A DNA stretch of 61,643 bases, counting the filler, from Sphacelaria rigidula (taxonomy: Eukaryota), in assembly GCA_964200075.2 (NCBI GenBank). It is 9 parts of 9 records of this genome, joined end to end, with 100 filler letters (N's around TTAATTAATTAA, not from the genome) between each part and the next. Parts side by side here need not be neighbours in the genome. Positions count along the whole stretch, not along the records: positions 1 to 6,761 come from CAXNAA020018210.1; positions 6,862 to 13,622 come from CAXNAA020018211.1; 7 more parts are not named here. One strand, written 5' to 3'. The notes below the pieces were generated by a model. That model was not told the DNA's origin. It worked only from the letters and a program-made list of their open reading frames with translations, and searched no databases. Position numbers and translations under genes: made by a program. Of this stretch, positions 1-12,369 are shown in pieces (within the stretch, counting starts at the first letter, position 1; the number at the start of each line of letters is the position of its first letter).

Positions 1-22
1 AGGCAACAGCAACAGCAACAGC

Positions 23-62
<40 letters not shown>

Positions 63-64
63 GC
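1..64 (+). repeat. (CAA/CAG)n microsatellite
   Basis: Direct run of CAACAG and CAA units at the window start. Confidence 0.9.
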
Positions 65-3004
65 CCCTACCGGAGTGATCCTACGGTAGGGGGGGCAAGC
101 GAGGATTTTGATAGGGGGAGGCTGCTGAAAAGCGGAAGGGGCAGAAGGGAGGTAGAACCGCTTTGTGCACAGAGAAGCGCCGCTATGCAGGTACTGTCGC
201 AACTTCCATTCAATGTGCCGATACCATACACTAATGGCAACGGCTTGATCAATACTGTGTGAAGTTGTACGATACACCCATTTTACACTTCACCGCGAAC
301 TGCGAAGGTACAGTGTTTCACAATAATCCCCCCACACACCGCAACCACCCTCCGAAGTAGCCTTGAGTCCAGGCGGAAACCTAGTGGTCGGAAACACAAT
401 ATGGTAAGAACAACCGATATGCCCTTCAAACAACAACATGCAAGTAAAAACGTGAATAACGGTTACTCCAATAATCGTCAGGTGTTGGATGTATTACACG
501 AAAGGTGCGGCACATCCTGCTCGAAACGATCATTATATGCAGGAATGAACGAATCATGGAAAGCACATCACTCGCTGGGGAATTTTCCGTACTTCGGTTT
601 CTGTGGTCTATCAAACATATAGCAAAGCAGAGGCATCAAAATCACGGAAATAGCTGCCAGGTCATACAAAAGAACACACGCCTCGACGGTACAATGACCA
701 AGCACATCAGGATCCACGAGAACTTTTTTCGTCAACTACTCATGTCGAATTCACCGTGAAGAGACAGTGGAGTGACCTGGTCCATGTTCGTATGTAACTA
801 ACCCCTTTAGCACTTGGATGCCAGCTGGAGGTCAGTCGGATGGGCCTTTGAGGGCGGTTGAGACAGGTGCGGGCCAACTATACTCGCTGAAGAGTCATAT
901 TCTTCGTACGTCAGTCCTGCAAGCACCACCGTCTACCGAGTGTCCATCTACATGCATCGTTTGCAGCACCAACGACTTTGCCATGGGATTGTCACCGCTG
1001 AAAAACTTGAAACAATTAGCATAGGCCTTTGCAGGGATCAAAAGTTACTCTTCAAAGTCCATCCGCTCCACGTGCAAAAAAAAAACATGACCTCACGACT
1101 CAGCGAACGACCAATCGCAGTGGCCAATTTCATCCGCTTCCCCCTCACGAACCCCCTTCTATCAAAAGGGGAAAAACACACACCCTCGAAACTATACAAT
1201 GACCAGTCTCAACAGGGGAATATACGTGTATTACGTGAAGTATCTATGGTTTGTCGTCCAGGGTGGCGCAAAAAACACTCAGGAGGGTCACTGCTTAGGC
1301 CCGTGTCATAGGACAGTATTTTTCGATTGAAAGAGTGCGTTTGAAAAGGGAAAGACTCGGATCTGATAGTTCATCATTTGGGGCGATCCATCATATTGAA
1401 GTTTTCCTTCCCCAACGCATGTTTTTGATCGAAAAATAACTTGCTAAGGTAGGGTCTCGGTCAGCACCTGTCGCTATCTCTCTCCATACTGACAGTGTTT
1501 CAACAAAGCCTTAATGCATGATGGCCGTGAGTAAGATTGACATCGACTGAAAAATACTTGTTTCCAAAAACAAAGATGAAATGGTGGCCAGTGCTCTACT
1601 CAAAACTCAAATAGTTTTGACCGCAGACGGGTACGAACAGGCGCTTCAGCCTCCAATCATCCCCTGTGTGAAACAGAAAAGCTCTTCGTTGAAAAGGCAG
1701 ACCCCGTCTTGGAGGCGATGTGCTATTTCTACCCCTTGAATAATGCCGAGAAGACATCCGATAAACATCCGCGGTTTTTGTGCTCTGTATTTGTTTTCAC
1801 CGGGAACTTACAGTACGTGCTTTTTTGTATGGAATCCCCGATGTTTGTGGGGGTTCAAGAGATGAGACGTTGAAGCATTCAACACACCATGACAACACAT
1901 GCCGCGAAGAAAAAACATCGGGAACGTCATATGTTACACTGAATGTTGAGTTTTTCGGGTGCTGTTGTATGAACAAAAGTCCCCGAAAAAGGACTATTCT
2001 GTGGTCGAGTGTTTTGTTTTCCTTCTGACAGGTCAGGCCGTGCGTGGTGTCGGAAAAGGGCGACCGATGTTCTCCTTTTCCTTCCCAACCACATAATTTT
2101 TTGCCTAGAATTCTAACGAAAGAACGAGAACAACCCGGAGGTGGGGTATGGCTTAACCCTATTTGACCGCGATCGTGTCGAGATCTTCACCACAGCAGTA
2201 TTCGGACGATAAAGTCACATCGCTTACATACATGTACTCACGGGATACATCTTTGAGCTCAAAGGGTCAACGTTCTCCGCTACCGAGATCACCCCACGAA
2301 GGCGAAAATGAAACATGGTATGATTGGTCGATATTTCTGAGCTGTAAACCTTCGAAAGCTCGGACGTAAGAACGACCAAAGAGCTGCTTAGAATTCTAAG
2401 CGACGCCATTGGTGAATGACCAATCAACGGCAGATTCTACCTTGTTCCCCCGGATACAAAACCCACATATGTTAGTACATATCCCTGAATATACGATTTT
2501 GACAGGGGCGGGATTTTCCGCCTGTTTACTCGGATTTAGTGCAGATCCCGACACGAAATCCAAAAGACCCATGAAACACGCGTTTCGAAGTAAAGGTGGA
2601 TACACCAACGCGCCTCACGCCTCACGCAGTTGCACACAGGAGTCAGTGCCCAGATCTAGAGTTTCAAAGAAGTCAACAAGCCCAGATCTAGAGTTTCAAA
2701 GAAGTCCACTGCCTATCCCAACCAACGTAAGTTAAGAGATAGGTCTTGCGTCCATGAGTCCCTTATCCTCTAAACGTGAGAATAATCACGCACAAGTCAT
2801 CTCTTTTAAACGTTAATTGTACGTTGGTATGACTAGTAGTATACAGTGAGTGGGATTGCTGTTGCTAGTAGTGCTGATATCAAGGTAAGGAGCGATATTG
2901 GGATCACGGCAGATACATAGTCGAAGGCACTGAGGATGTGACAAGTATTACTGAAAAAACACTGAAACGTCAGTACGTTAACGCGGTAAGTTAGTTTTGG
3001 TCAC

Positions 3005-3154
3005 CATGAAGAAGTTGATGGTGCAACCAGGGATCCACAGCAGCTGCGCCAGGGCGGTCACGAGTGTTTCCGCCAGAAAGTACGATGTGACCCCGTATGA
3101 TAGGTTCCTGCGCTCACCAGCAAAGCGCGTGTGAGCAGTCACGATGTAGAACAC
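3005..3154 (-). CDS. ABCG-family ABC transporter, membrane-domain exon
   Basis: 150-nt phase-0 exon encoding VFYIVTAHTRFAGERRNLSYGVTSYFLAETLV..., matching the ABCG 'F..ER.NG.Y....Y.LA..L' motif. Acceptor read as AAG, donor GTGACC. Confidence 0.85.
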
Positions 3155-4650
3155 CTTGACCACGAGCAGCCACGATACAACAAGCAAGGAGGGGAAAGAT
3201 ACGCGCACACTCTGCCTGTTGTTGTCGTCGTCGTTGTTGTTGTTGTTGTTGTTATTGTTGTTGTTGTTCGTAAGGAGCCGTTCCTTTCTTTTTGCTACTC
3301 GAGTTTTCCCTTGTAGCGACCGTTTCCTTCCTGTTCACCTTCCCCTACTACATATTGACACCACCTGGTTGGGTTCGTCGCGGGCTTTAGCATGAGGCAA
3401 CCCACCAACCAATCAATCCAAGCACCAAGCACGCCCACGCAGACTTTGATGTGTCAGTTCAGAAGAGCTACTTACGGGAATGTACATAACGATGCTGCAA
3501 TACTAACCATGCCAGTATTCCGGTATAACCCGTGGATATTCAAAACAAACTCTCTCCACACCTCGCCTTCTTTTACCGACATGTAGGGATGTTTCCATGT
3601 TTCCGCGTTTCAAGGCAAGTTGACATACGGCAACACGTTACGGCGGCCGCCATATACACGAGTACCGTCGGTCACGACCAGCGAGAACCGCCCGCCACAA
3701 CGAAAAAAGGGAAAAGAAGAAACTGAAAGAGGGAAGGGCAGAGAGAGGGAGATCCTTCGATTCAAGGGTCCTTCCCGGGGGCAGCGGAAAATGTGGAAAC
3801 TTGGGGCATCGAAAACGCCCCGCAAACCATGCTCACACAGCGCCTTAGAAAATCTGCCTTACTTACGTTTGCGCAGTATTCCTAGTATGATCGCAACGTC
3901 TCCCGAGAATTTCGCACCGTTAGGAAAGGTGCTCTTAATACGTATGGGTGCTCCATACTTCCACGAAAGAGATGCACAAAGAAAAACGGAAACGTTGGCG
4001 GAAAAAAAATCGGACGACGGGTAGTCTTGACATCCTGTACTCCGCTGCCGCCTATGAATGGCCGTATTGACCACGAAGGGTAAGAGGTACAACTATGGGA
4101 CGATCATGTTCCCCTTTTCATGGAGTTTGTTCACCGAACATCTGATGACATGAAAAATAACGAGCGGGAAGCTACAAAGTTGAGATAATCAATCAGCCCA
4201 TTTTTCGGGGGCAGGTTAAAGAGCTTGTGGACCCAGCACCTCAATGACGCAAAGATAGACGGAAGAAGGAAAAAATAAAAAAAGATGGATGCAGCTACCA
4301 TGGTTTACGAACTTCATGGCTCGGGACGACAACGAATCCAACCTTGATTATCCCGAAAATTGTGGAGGTCTTACCACCTTAACGTTCTTTCGTTGGAATA
4401 TCTCTTGAACATTTCTTCGTGCGCAGGTTACACGACTGTGCGATACCTTTGGTCATGGAGACAAGTTTTCCCCTCGACTTGGGTGGCATAATCCTTAACC
4501 TTCGATAGCCTACCGCTTCACAGTATTAGTGGCTAGTACAAGTACTACTACCACCACAATCACTACATGTTCTACCATACTACTACTACTACTACTACTG
4601 CTACTGCTGCTGCTGCTGCTGCTGCTGCTACTATAATAGTGTGCCCAGAC

Positions 4651-4791
4651 CTTAAATATGTGTATGTAGGCCTGCGGCATGATGAACCAAACGCAAGCAG
4701 AAGCGAGCTCCGAGCTGCGATCATCGAGGTTCGTGGGAACGTTCCAAAATGTCGCCCCGATCAAAAACCCGTACAGCACGTGCAAGAACAT
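4651..4791 (-). CDS. ABCG-family ABC transporter, membrane-domain exon
   Basis: 141-nt phase-0 exon (gcag|ATG...AAG|gtctgg) encoding MFLHVLYGFLIGATFWNVP...QAYIHIFK; in frame with the flanking exons. Confidence 0.85.
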
Positions 4792-5737
4792 CTGCGTCAA
4801 TCATCGGGATACAACCACGGCGCAGCAAATAAAAGTCAAAAGCATTTTCCACGGCAAGGTGCGGTGGGTGGGCGGGTGGTGTCCCAACTTCGTGCTCTAC
4901 TTTCCGTGTCGTTTCTCCCGTCAGTACGGCCCGATAATCAATCGACAACTGAACGAGAAAGGGGAACGCGCTCCTGGCGCGTTTCTGGGTGGGGTTTTGG
5001 GAGCAGAGTTCACGACTCCTTTCAGGCCAATCTTCTGGCCAATCAGAAACCTGCGTGCCACGTTACGTCCTTCGTGTGATGATATCAGGTAAGAAACCCG
5101 GGCACCAGACTGCGGCCAAAATGATAGGAAGAGCGGGCGGGCCGTCATAGCAGGGACGGGGGAGGGCCACCTACTGTATGCACACCCAAAAACAAGTGTG
5201 GCGCCTCATCTCAGTTTGGGGGTTCAAAAAATGAGACCTGAAATTGCCAAGTTAGAAGAAGGTTGTCCGCCCGTAAGTGTTGATTACCCAGTTGTACAGA
5301 GTGACTTCACTTCTTTTCTTTCAGCCCGCGGTTGCAGCGCTAGTGCTACTTTTACGATCCCCCAGTGCTTCACCCCTCCGCGCTGTAGTCAAGAGTATGT
5401 CGCCGGTTCACCGTGTAGCGTACTTGTTGAACATGATCGTCAGCAGAGAAACGCACATAAACAAGACTGTGAAGCTACTTTATGTTTCAAGCACTCGTTT
5501 GTATTCTTATCGCAATCAACAATATTTCACCTACTGTTTCTTGCGTTTTTGTATTTGTGTCAAAGTGATTTCCGAAAAAACCGACCACCAATCATGTGTT
5601 TCATGAGAAGCACCACTTTTGATACCCCTCCCCCCGGTGCTCCGTCTCGAAAGGCTTGCGTGGTCAATGGGCAAACGACTAAGGCAGGCAACAAATGAGT
5701 ACGTCCACACAAGAGAGAGCAACACGGCCTCACCCAC

Positions 5738-5893
5738 CTGAAGGTAGTACAGCGTGGGGTCTCGAACAGCCATGATAGCTTCCCTTTTGAGAATGGTAGT
5801 GAACTGTCGTACAAATCCCGGGCGCTGAAACGTGGGGTCTAGTCTTCCGTTTGCCACTCTCTCCAATCTCATGGCTTTACTGAGCTCTATCGT
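5738..5893 (-). CDS. ABCG-family ABC transporter, exon at the start of the ABC2 membrane domain
   Basis: 156-nt exon with CAG acceptor and GTGGGT donor. Encodes TIELSKAMRL...PGFVRQFTTILKREAIMAVRDPTLYYLQ, matching the typical ABCG 'Q...L..R......RDP' segment before TM1. Confidence 0.85.
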
Positions 5894-6074
5894 CTGAATT
5901 GGTCCGCGAACACAACATCGGGTGGATAGAGGACACGCAGAGGGATTGCGGGTGGGGGGGGGACTGAGCGAGCCCGAGGATAGGCTCCATTTTTCTTCTT
6001 CCTCTCCTTCTTTATCATCTTCTTCTTTTCCATCTTCTTCTTTCTCATCTCGTTTTTCTTGCTTTTCTTATTGT

Positions 6075-6761
6075 TCCTACGAGCTGGGCCAGCCTAAAAA
6101 CGGATTTAAGCTCTAAAAGCAATATCTCGTCGACACAGACGAGTTGGGCCGTGACCCGCATATCATATTAATTGTCTAATCAAGGGGAAGGTGCTCATCT
6201 GCTCAAACGTTTGGGCGCATATTTTCTCGTTGATCAAACCCCATGTTTAGTAATTCCTATTCCTGAGGGAGATAACGCCAATACTGAAATCTCTATGAAA
6301 CTCCCGATCCATGCATTTAGCGGATGGCGACGAATTTTGGTGTGGAGAGCCATGGAAGAGTGACGAATTAAAAAAAAAATGGGTCTTCATATATATTTTC
6401 GTAGAGGTTAGGGCGTTCTTGTCAAGAAATGGTCTTCACCACAGTAGAACGCCCTAAACCAGTGGAAAAAATTAAAAAAATAAACCTGACCCACTTTGTT
6501 TTGATAATTATGCCTTAAAGAGCGCCCACACAAAATTTCAATACACGAAAACCAAAAAAAAAAACACACGGGCTGGTGAGTGGCCTGCGAAATACTGTTC
6601 CGAATTTCTACCGACCCGGTTTTTGAAAGGCTCATGCTCCCGCCAATGTTTAGAGTTGGACCCCGAAATTTGGTATGGACAATAAACAGGGCACGAAAAA
6701 AAAAAACGGAAGCACCAGAAGTGTTTTTTTTTCATGAGTTTTGGGCAATAATCAGTTTTCA
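6075..6761 (+). repeat. Dispersed repeat family copy (also at 53215-54784)
   Basis: The TACGAGCTGGGCCAGCCTAAAA...AATCAAGGGGAAGGTG...GGGCAATAATCAG sequence is shared with 53720-54784, and both contigs end at the same point in the repeat. Confidence 0.85.
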
Positions 6762-6861
6762 NNNNNNNNNNNNNNNNNNNNNNNNNNNNNNNNNNNNNNN
6801 NNNNNTTAATTAATTAANNNNNNNNNNNNNNNNNNNNNNNNNNNNNNNNNNNNNNNNNNNN
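6762..6861. other. Artificial contig-joining spacer
   Basis: N-run + TTAATTAATTAA (stops in all six frames) + N-run. The same spacer occurs at 13623-13722, 20484-20583, 27345-27444, 34205-34304, 41065-41163, 47925-48024 and 54785-54884. Confidence 0.97.
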
Positions 6862-7264
6862 GGTGGAGCGACACGAAGCGGTGCAGAGGACGGGCGAGAG
6901 CGAAGCGAAGGAAAAAAAGGTACCTTCCCGAGAAAGGGGACAAAAAAAAAAAAATCAGCAGGGCGTGTTCTGGGAAATCGTTTTTTTTTTTCGCCAAGAC
7001 ACGCCCTCAGTCCAAATTAGAGGGGGCGGGGGATAACCCGACGACCGACGGTGGGCAGGCATTTTCCCGAGCACTACGAGCTGGGCCAGCAGTAAACCTC
7101 GCATTTGCATGTCACATCGTAACTTACCAAGTTACCAACTTTGGCCGACTGAGTACATCAGTGTATGGCCTGCAGACCAACCTGGTAACGCACGGCACCG
7201 CCGCTGAGTGAAGAAAACATTGGGGAAAATGTACGTCATAATGCGTGACCTTACCGACGGAACA

Positions 7265-7345
7265 AGAAAACAAATCCGTCGGGATTCGAACTCGTGACCT
7301 CAATAACTAGAGCCTCCTGTATCATTTGGATTGCAGGCGCGCAGT
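7265..7345 (-). mobile_element. tRNA-derived SINE-like head (degenerate)
   Basis: The minus strand reads GAGGTCACGAGTTCGAATCCCGAC, a Pol III B-box/T-loop motif, but no complete cloverleaf is visible. Confidence 0.4.
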
Positions 7346-7937
7346 GGTATCACACCAAAAGTGCCCTGCTGCGCCCAGTTTGAGGTTTTTTTTTTGTCGA
7401 AATTGCACCAGAATCTCCTGCACACCACTACTACTACTACGCACAACGACCCGAAGGATGCCGATATACTTTCCCTTTTGACGGAGTTTTATAGGGTGTT
7501 TCTAGTTTTTGCACAACTTTCGAATCGCTCTAACGTTCTATATTTCTTTCTCTTTTCCCGTCGAAATTCCAAAAGGTTGTGCGTGTTCATGGTGAAAACT
7601 TCGTGTCAAAATTTCAGCGCCCGAGTGCTCGATGTACCCACAGCCGGGCCCAGAATCATTCAAATATCACTGTCAGGTTGCCCAGCTCGTGCATATTACC
7701 GCCTCCCTGCTCACTATGCCAAGCATATATAATTATGAACACGTGAATCTCTACGAGGGACCCTACAGACGCGCCCTCCGGCCGCCCGCTCTCCATACTC
7801 CACGTCACCCGGCACCCACCCGCGCCCCACACTTTCCCTCCATATTGAACACAGGCTCAAGCACGTCAGGGTGGTCCAGCTTGATACAGATGACGGTGAG
7901 TGGACGGCGTCTATATTACGAGACAGGGTGCCTGGTA

Positions 7938-7940
<3 letters not shown>

Positions 7941-7983
<43 letters not shown>

Positions 7984-7995
7984 CGCGCGCGCGCG
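7941..7995. repeat. (GT)n(GC)n alternating purine-pyrimidine tract
   Basis: Directly visible GT repeat run followed by a GC repeat run. Confidence 0.9.
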
Positions 7996-8999
7996 ATCCT
8001 GTGGATCGTCGCTCCTCCGAAGAGCTGCCTGTATTATTGTCCTTGATTGATTGATTGTCGTGTGTCGTTGAAGATCAACTCATCGAGGCCAGACGAAGCA
8101 GGCCCACTCCAGCTTTGATTTTCCTCGGCAGTGAAGTCGGACAACCTTGCCCGTGACCCAGCAGATTGCCTTCTCCCCGTTTCCACTCGCCGAACACACC
8201 ACGGCTCTTGGTGCTTGGTGATTGATCGCGAGCCTGGCCCGCCGAAGAGCCGGCGTGCCCCGTCCCAGCTTTGTAGGGATACGAAGTGGGTAGTAATATG
8301 AGTAAAGTATGCAAGATCATGAGTGCATCCTCCCTTTTGACGCGCAGCGACTGCAGCTCACGTGAGTAATCCCCGGAATCTGCGTTTAGACTTGCCCGGA
8401 AATGAGACAGCTCGATGTTTTTTCTCATTTGTGACGAAATTCCGAGAATTCGGACTGGACGGAGTGGCGCTACGGTAGGGATTGCACATTTCTGGCGGAG
8501 AGATTTCTCGGGGCTATCCGGGGTGTGTGAGACGGGCCGATTTCGTGAATCGGCATCGTTTATTTCAACTTGGAGAATGCAAATGATGCCGATTGGTATC
8601 ATTCCAACTCGGGAGAAGGGAAACGATGCCGGTTCACGAAAAGGCGGCCCCTGCTTGCAAACGCCATCCTTTTGGGAGTCCAGGCCCCGGAGGTTTGGGT
8701 AGCACAGGAGCCCTATGAACACGAAGTGTAACCTGTATCGTAGAATTGCTCACCGCTTGATTTCGGAGACGTTTTATCTGGGACAATGTGCGTCAAAGGG
8801 CACACCCTCATGCTCTTTTGGAGCAAAAAAAGGGGCGGACTTTTTGCCTTGGGGCGCGGCGCTGCACCCTGGCCGAACACTTCGAAAACACGTTTTAGCA
8901 CCTCAGCCCCACGCCCAAGGTCCTTGGGCAGCATACCCGGCCATTTTTTTTTCACTTTGACAAGTGTTACTACTGGGCTGAACTACCGCGCCGACAATG

Positions 9000-10130
9000 A
9001 GGGCCGGTGAGAGTACCCTTTTGTGTAAGCGAAACAGGAGGGTACAGCCTGCCCTCCACCAAAAACTAACATCTACCCTTTTCTGGTATACTGTTGTCCC
9101 TTTGTTGTCAAGTGGTGACCTCTTTTTTGCGAAGTGGTGACTGTACCGCCGTCTCGGCGCCAGGTACGCCAAGCAGTCACAACCATGGCCATATTCGCTA
9201 AAATTACACCCTGCCAAAAAAGGTCGAAACACAACGACCAGGAGAGTGTGGCCTCCTTGTTGGTCGACCCGAAGACGCGGAAGATCCAACGATGCATACA
9301 GGTCCCTTGCGTGCCGGATCTCACGAAGATCCGACGAACACGGGTAAACATTTTCCCGGCACACCAGCCCGTACGGCACCACGTGGGGGCGGCAACGTCA
9401 GACCGTTGCCGGATCTGCAATTTGCGGCTCGGAAACGTAGATGGACACCGACCGGATTTCGGATTGGAGCAAGAACCCCTGAATCCAACGCCGTAGACTG
9501 TACAGCCAGCTGTCTTCCTCTACTCGCAAAACACGCACCCTCCGACCACAACTCGGAATACCCGGAGCTGTGAGAGCACAACGTCGCTTGATGAGCCCTG
9601 AGATGACATTGGCGCGTGGACAACTTTGCATTTCCCGCTGGCCGCACTTTTATTTTTGGCCGAACATGGATTTTGAACAGGAAACGGTCAAGCGATCAAA
9701 GAACAGCAGGGGGGAATTTTGATCACCTGGGCGTTTCAAACTGAAACTCCGTGCTTGGCCTCGTTTGGCCAGAAACAGAAGTGCCGCCAGCGAGAAATGC
9801 AATGTTGCCCTGGAAGCGTCTCAACGAGTGGAGCAAGTCAATCCAAGGCGTCAACACCCGCCTAGCCCTTTTTTCGGGCGTAGATCATTTCGGAGAAAAT
9901 CGTGGAGATTCGCTCCGAGATCGTGACCCCCCCCCCGATTTTTTTGAGGTGACGTCCGTGCATTGACGTACATTGCTAGAGCACGAGGCGGTCGATATTT
10001 TTGCAACGGCAGCGGAAGACAGTCTCGGGATGGCACAGGGCGTGCGGACTGCCGCCCCCAGCTGTTGAAGAAACTTTGCAAGGGGTTTGACAAGCGGATA
10101 ATAAGTGCTGAGGCCATACCCTACGGCGAT
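9000..10130 (+). pseudogene. Possible highly decayed Tc1/mariner-like transposase
   Basis: Fragments in shifting frames weakly resemble the family: KHND-RRVW (cf. NxQNDRVW), GGGNV, and C-terminal LLKKLCKGFDKRI. No intact DD-D/E motif is visible. Confidence 0.25.
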
Positions 10131-10602
10131 GGTTATATTTCAGACTGCGCTGCGCTGCCATATGTATCACTATAACGAACGCTACTGTACTCTCCTAGCT
10201 CTTGTCGCCGTGCTTGAGGGGTGATGTGCGGCACTGCACTACCGAACTCTGCTCGCGCACCGTTCGTTCTCTGTTCTCGCAATACCGACTGTGCCATCAT
10301 GTACGACCACAAGGCATAATCATGTAATGTACTGTACTGATGAAGTGTCCTGCACTGCATTACCCTAGGGTATCAAGGTACGACACTGTACTCGAAGGAT
10401 TGTTTACCGCCTGCCTGCTGTTCGGCTTCGTGCACGAACACCCAGTACCAATCATGCAAAATCGCGGTCCCAAAAAATCGAGATTCGTCTGCCATGAAAG
10501 TGGGTCTGACGGAACATTCCGAGATTTTTTCACGTTCCACACGCACCGTAGCGCCGCCAACTTCAAGTCGTTCAAACGTTCGAAACACGTGATGATAATA
10601 AT

Positions 10603-11024
10603 AGCCCGGATCAGTTTTATGAGGTTCAACATTTGGGTCAGGTCCAACTCGAAAACAACGCTCCCCCCGACCTGAAGTCATCATCAACGACTTTCATAGA
10701 GACGACGCCATGCCTCCCGACCTGCCCAAAACTATTTTTTTTTAGGGTTGCCCGTCTTCTATGCCCCCAAAGAGTGTGTGAGAAGGCGCCCTTTTGTGTC
10801 GATATCGGGGCGAGAAAACGGACGTTTTCAGCCCGAAATTGGTGCTTTCGCATACACGCTTTGGGTGCACGGAAGACGGGCAACCCCCAAGAAAAGATTC
10901 GGGGAGGCCGAGATGCATGAGGTCGTTAATATGAAATGCATTGGCCATGACGTTAGGTGAGGAAAAACACTGTTTTCGAGTTGAACCTCACTCACGTGTT
11001 GAACCTCAAGAACGGATCCAGGCT
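10603..11024. mobile_element. Foldback/MITE-like imperfect palindrome (~420 bp)
   Basis: The left arm AGCCCGGATCAG...TGAGGTTCAACA...CAACTCGAAAACA and GGGTTGCCCGTCTTC...CCCAAAG match the reverse complement of the right arm. Confidence 0.8.
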
Positions 11025-11205
11025 GTTGGATGTGAACCGTTCCATGGACTTAATCACACGTTACGCAGCCACTCCCTGAAACCCGGATGGCCACCTGCGG
11101 CACCGGATCTTCTGAGGTTGCCCAATATGTGTATTCTCCTTCCTCGTGTATCCCTTTTTTGCTTGTATCGCGCCTCGTGAGTTTTGATCTTTTCCTCTTC
11201 TTTTT

Positions 11206-11305
11206 ATAGCCCGTGACAACGGAAGGCGTCTGCATCAGATGCCCAGTGCGAATGTACCGCGGAGATATCGGGACGGTTTCTAGTGTGAAGACAGCAATAG
11301 CAACA
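11206..11305 (+). mobile_element. Non-LTR retroposon (SINE/LINE) 3' end with CAA-type tail
   Basis: The TAGCCTGTGACCACAGAAGGCGT...GATGCCCAGTACAGAGTACTGCGCAGATATCGGAACGGTTTCTAATGTGAAGAC+(AAC)n consensus is shared with 18131-18238 and 45117-45226. Confidence 0.65.
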
Positions 11306-12036
11306 CAGACGTTTCATGTTACCTGGAACATTCCACATTACATGATGATGAAGTAATGATCCAGACTTGAGGTTTGCGATGGATTCTGAAATCCTAGAAG
11401 ATTGTGCTTCGATGAAGCAGGGCTCTACACGTCACACGTGCCACGACGTCACACACGTTACGTTGTGGCCAAAACGCAGCGTCGAAGCTCTTCACACCCT
11501 GGACAATAATAGACGGCATCCATGACGATAGCAATAGCATCTGCTGCAGTAGATGCCATTATTGTCGTCCGTAATGGTCATCGATCGTCAGGTTTATCTT
11601 TCCATCATTGTCGTCGGCAATGCCTATCGATAGATCAGTTTCCCCCCCCTCTTGTCTGAGCAGCAGTCTGCCGGGGCCCTACACCGAAATTTATTGCGGC
11701 CGACCAAATGCATCGATCGATAGCTTTCCAAATCTAATGATGACGGCTATGGCTACCGATAGACCGCGTGCCAAATCTATTGATGACGTTGATGGCTTTT
11801 GACATTATATACCACATTCATTGATTACGGCAATAGCTGTTGATGGATTGCGTATAAATCTATGCACGGCGGCAATGAATATCGATGGATACATGCCAGA
11901 ATCCACTGTGGTGTACAATGCCTACCGATAGTCTCTGTCGTTCTACAATTTTGGAAGGCTTGTATTTTCGATCCGCAATGTGTGTGGACAAGAAGAGTTG
12001 TAAACTTTTATTATTATTGGTGTGGTGTTGGTACTT

Positions 12037-12369
12037 CACACGCGACCACTTGGCTACCTCCAAACTTCCTCCGGGTGGGTACACTTTTCGAGCCTCCAGG
12101 AGACTTATACGCCTCCGGAGGGGTGCGCGGCCCTCCGGAGGAGATTTTTCTGTTCCCTCCAGAGGGGTTGAACGTCTCCGGAGACCTATTCTTGCCTCCG
12201 GAGGGCCGCGCATACCCCCATATTCCTCCGGAGGGGTGCGCGGCCCTCCGGGTCGGTGGAGTTTGGTCTCCTCTAGAGGGAGGGAAGGCCTCCGGAGGCT
12301 TGTCTTCCCCCTGAAGGGCCGCGCATCCCTCCGGAGGCATTTTGGGGTGTAGCCAAATGGCCGCGTGTG
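12037..12369. mobile_element. Non-autonomous TIR element with CAC termini and an internal CCTCCGGAGG palindrome array (CACTA/CMC-like)
   Basis: TIRs of ~28 bp: CACACGCGACCACTTGGCTACCTCCAAA versus reverse complement CACACGCGGCCATTTGGCTACACCCCAAA. TT flanks both ends (possible 2-bp TSD). About 13 variants of CCTCCGGAGG lie inside. Confidence 0.75.

Noticed and set aside
2648..2706. Direct repeat GCCCAGATCTAGAGTTTCAAAGAAGTC x2 as a regulatory site
   Set aside because: Only two adjacent copies; a simple local duplication explains it.
6806..6817. TTAATTAATTAA as a biological motif, and ORFs ending in X-runs
   Set aside because: It sits in the middle of every N spacer and is an artificial six-frame stop linker.
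12060..12340. CRISPR-like array of palindromic repeats with spacers
   Set aside because: Repeats are only ~10 bp and degenerate, spacers are short and related to each other, the array is enclosed by TIRs, no cas genes are present and the context is eukaryotic.
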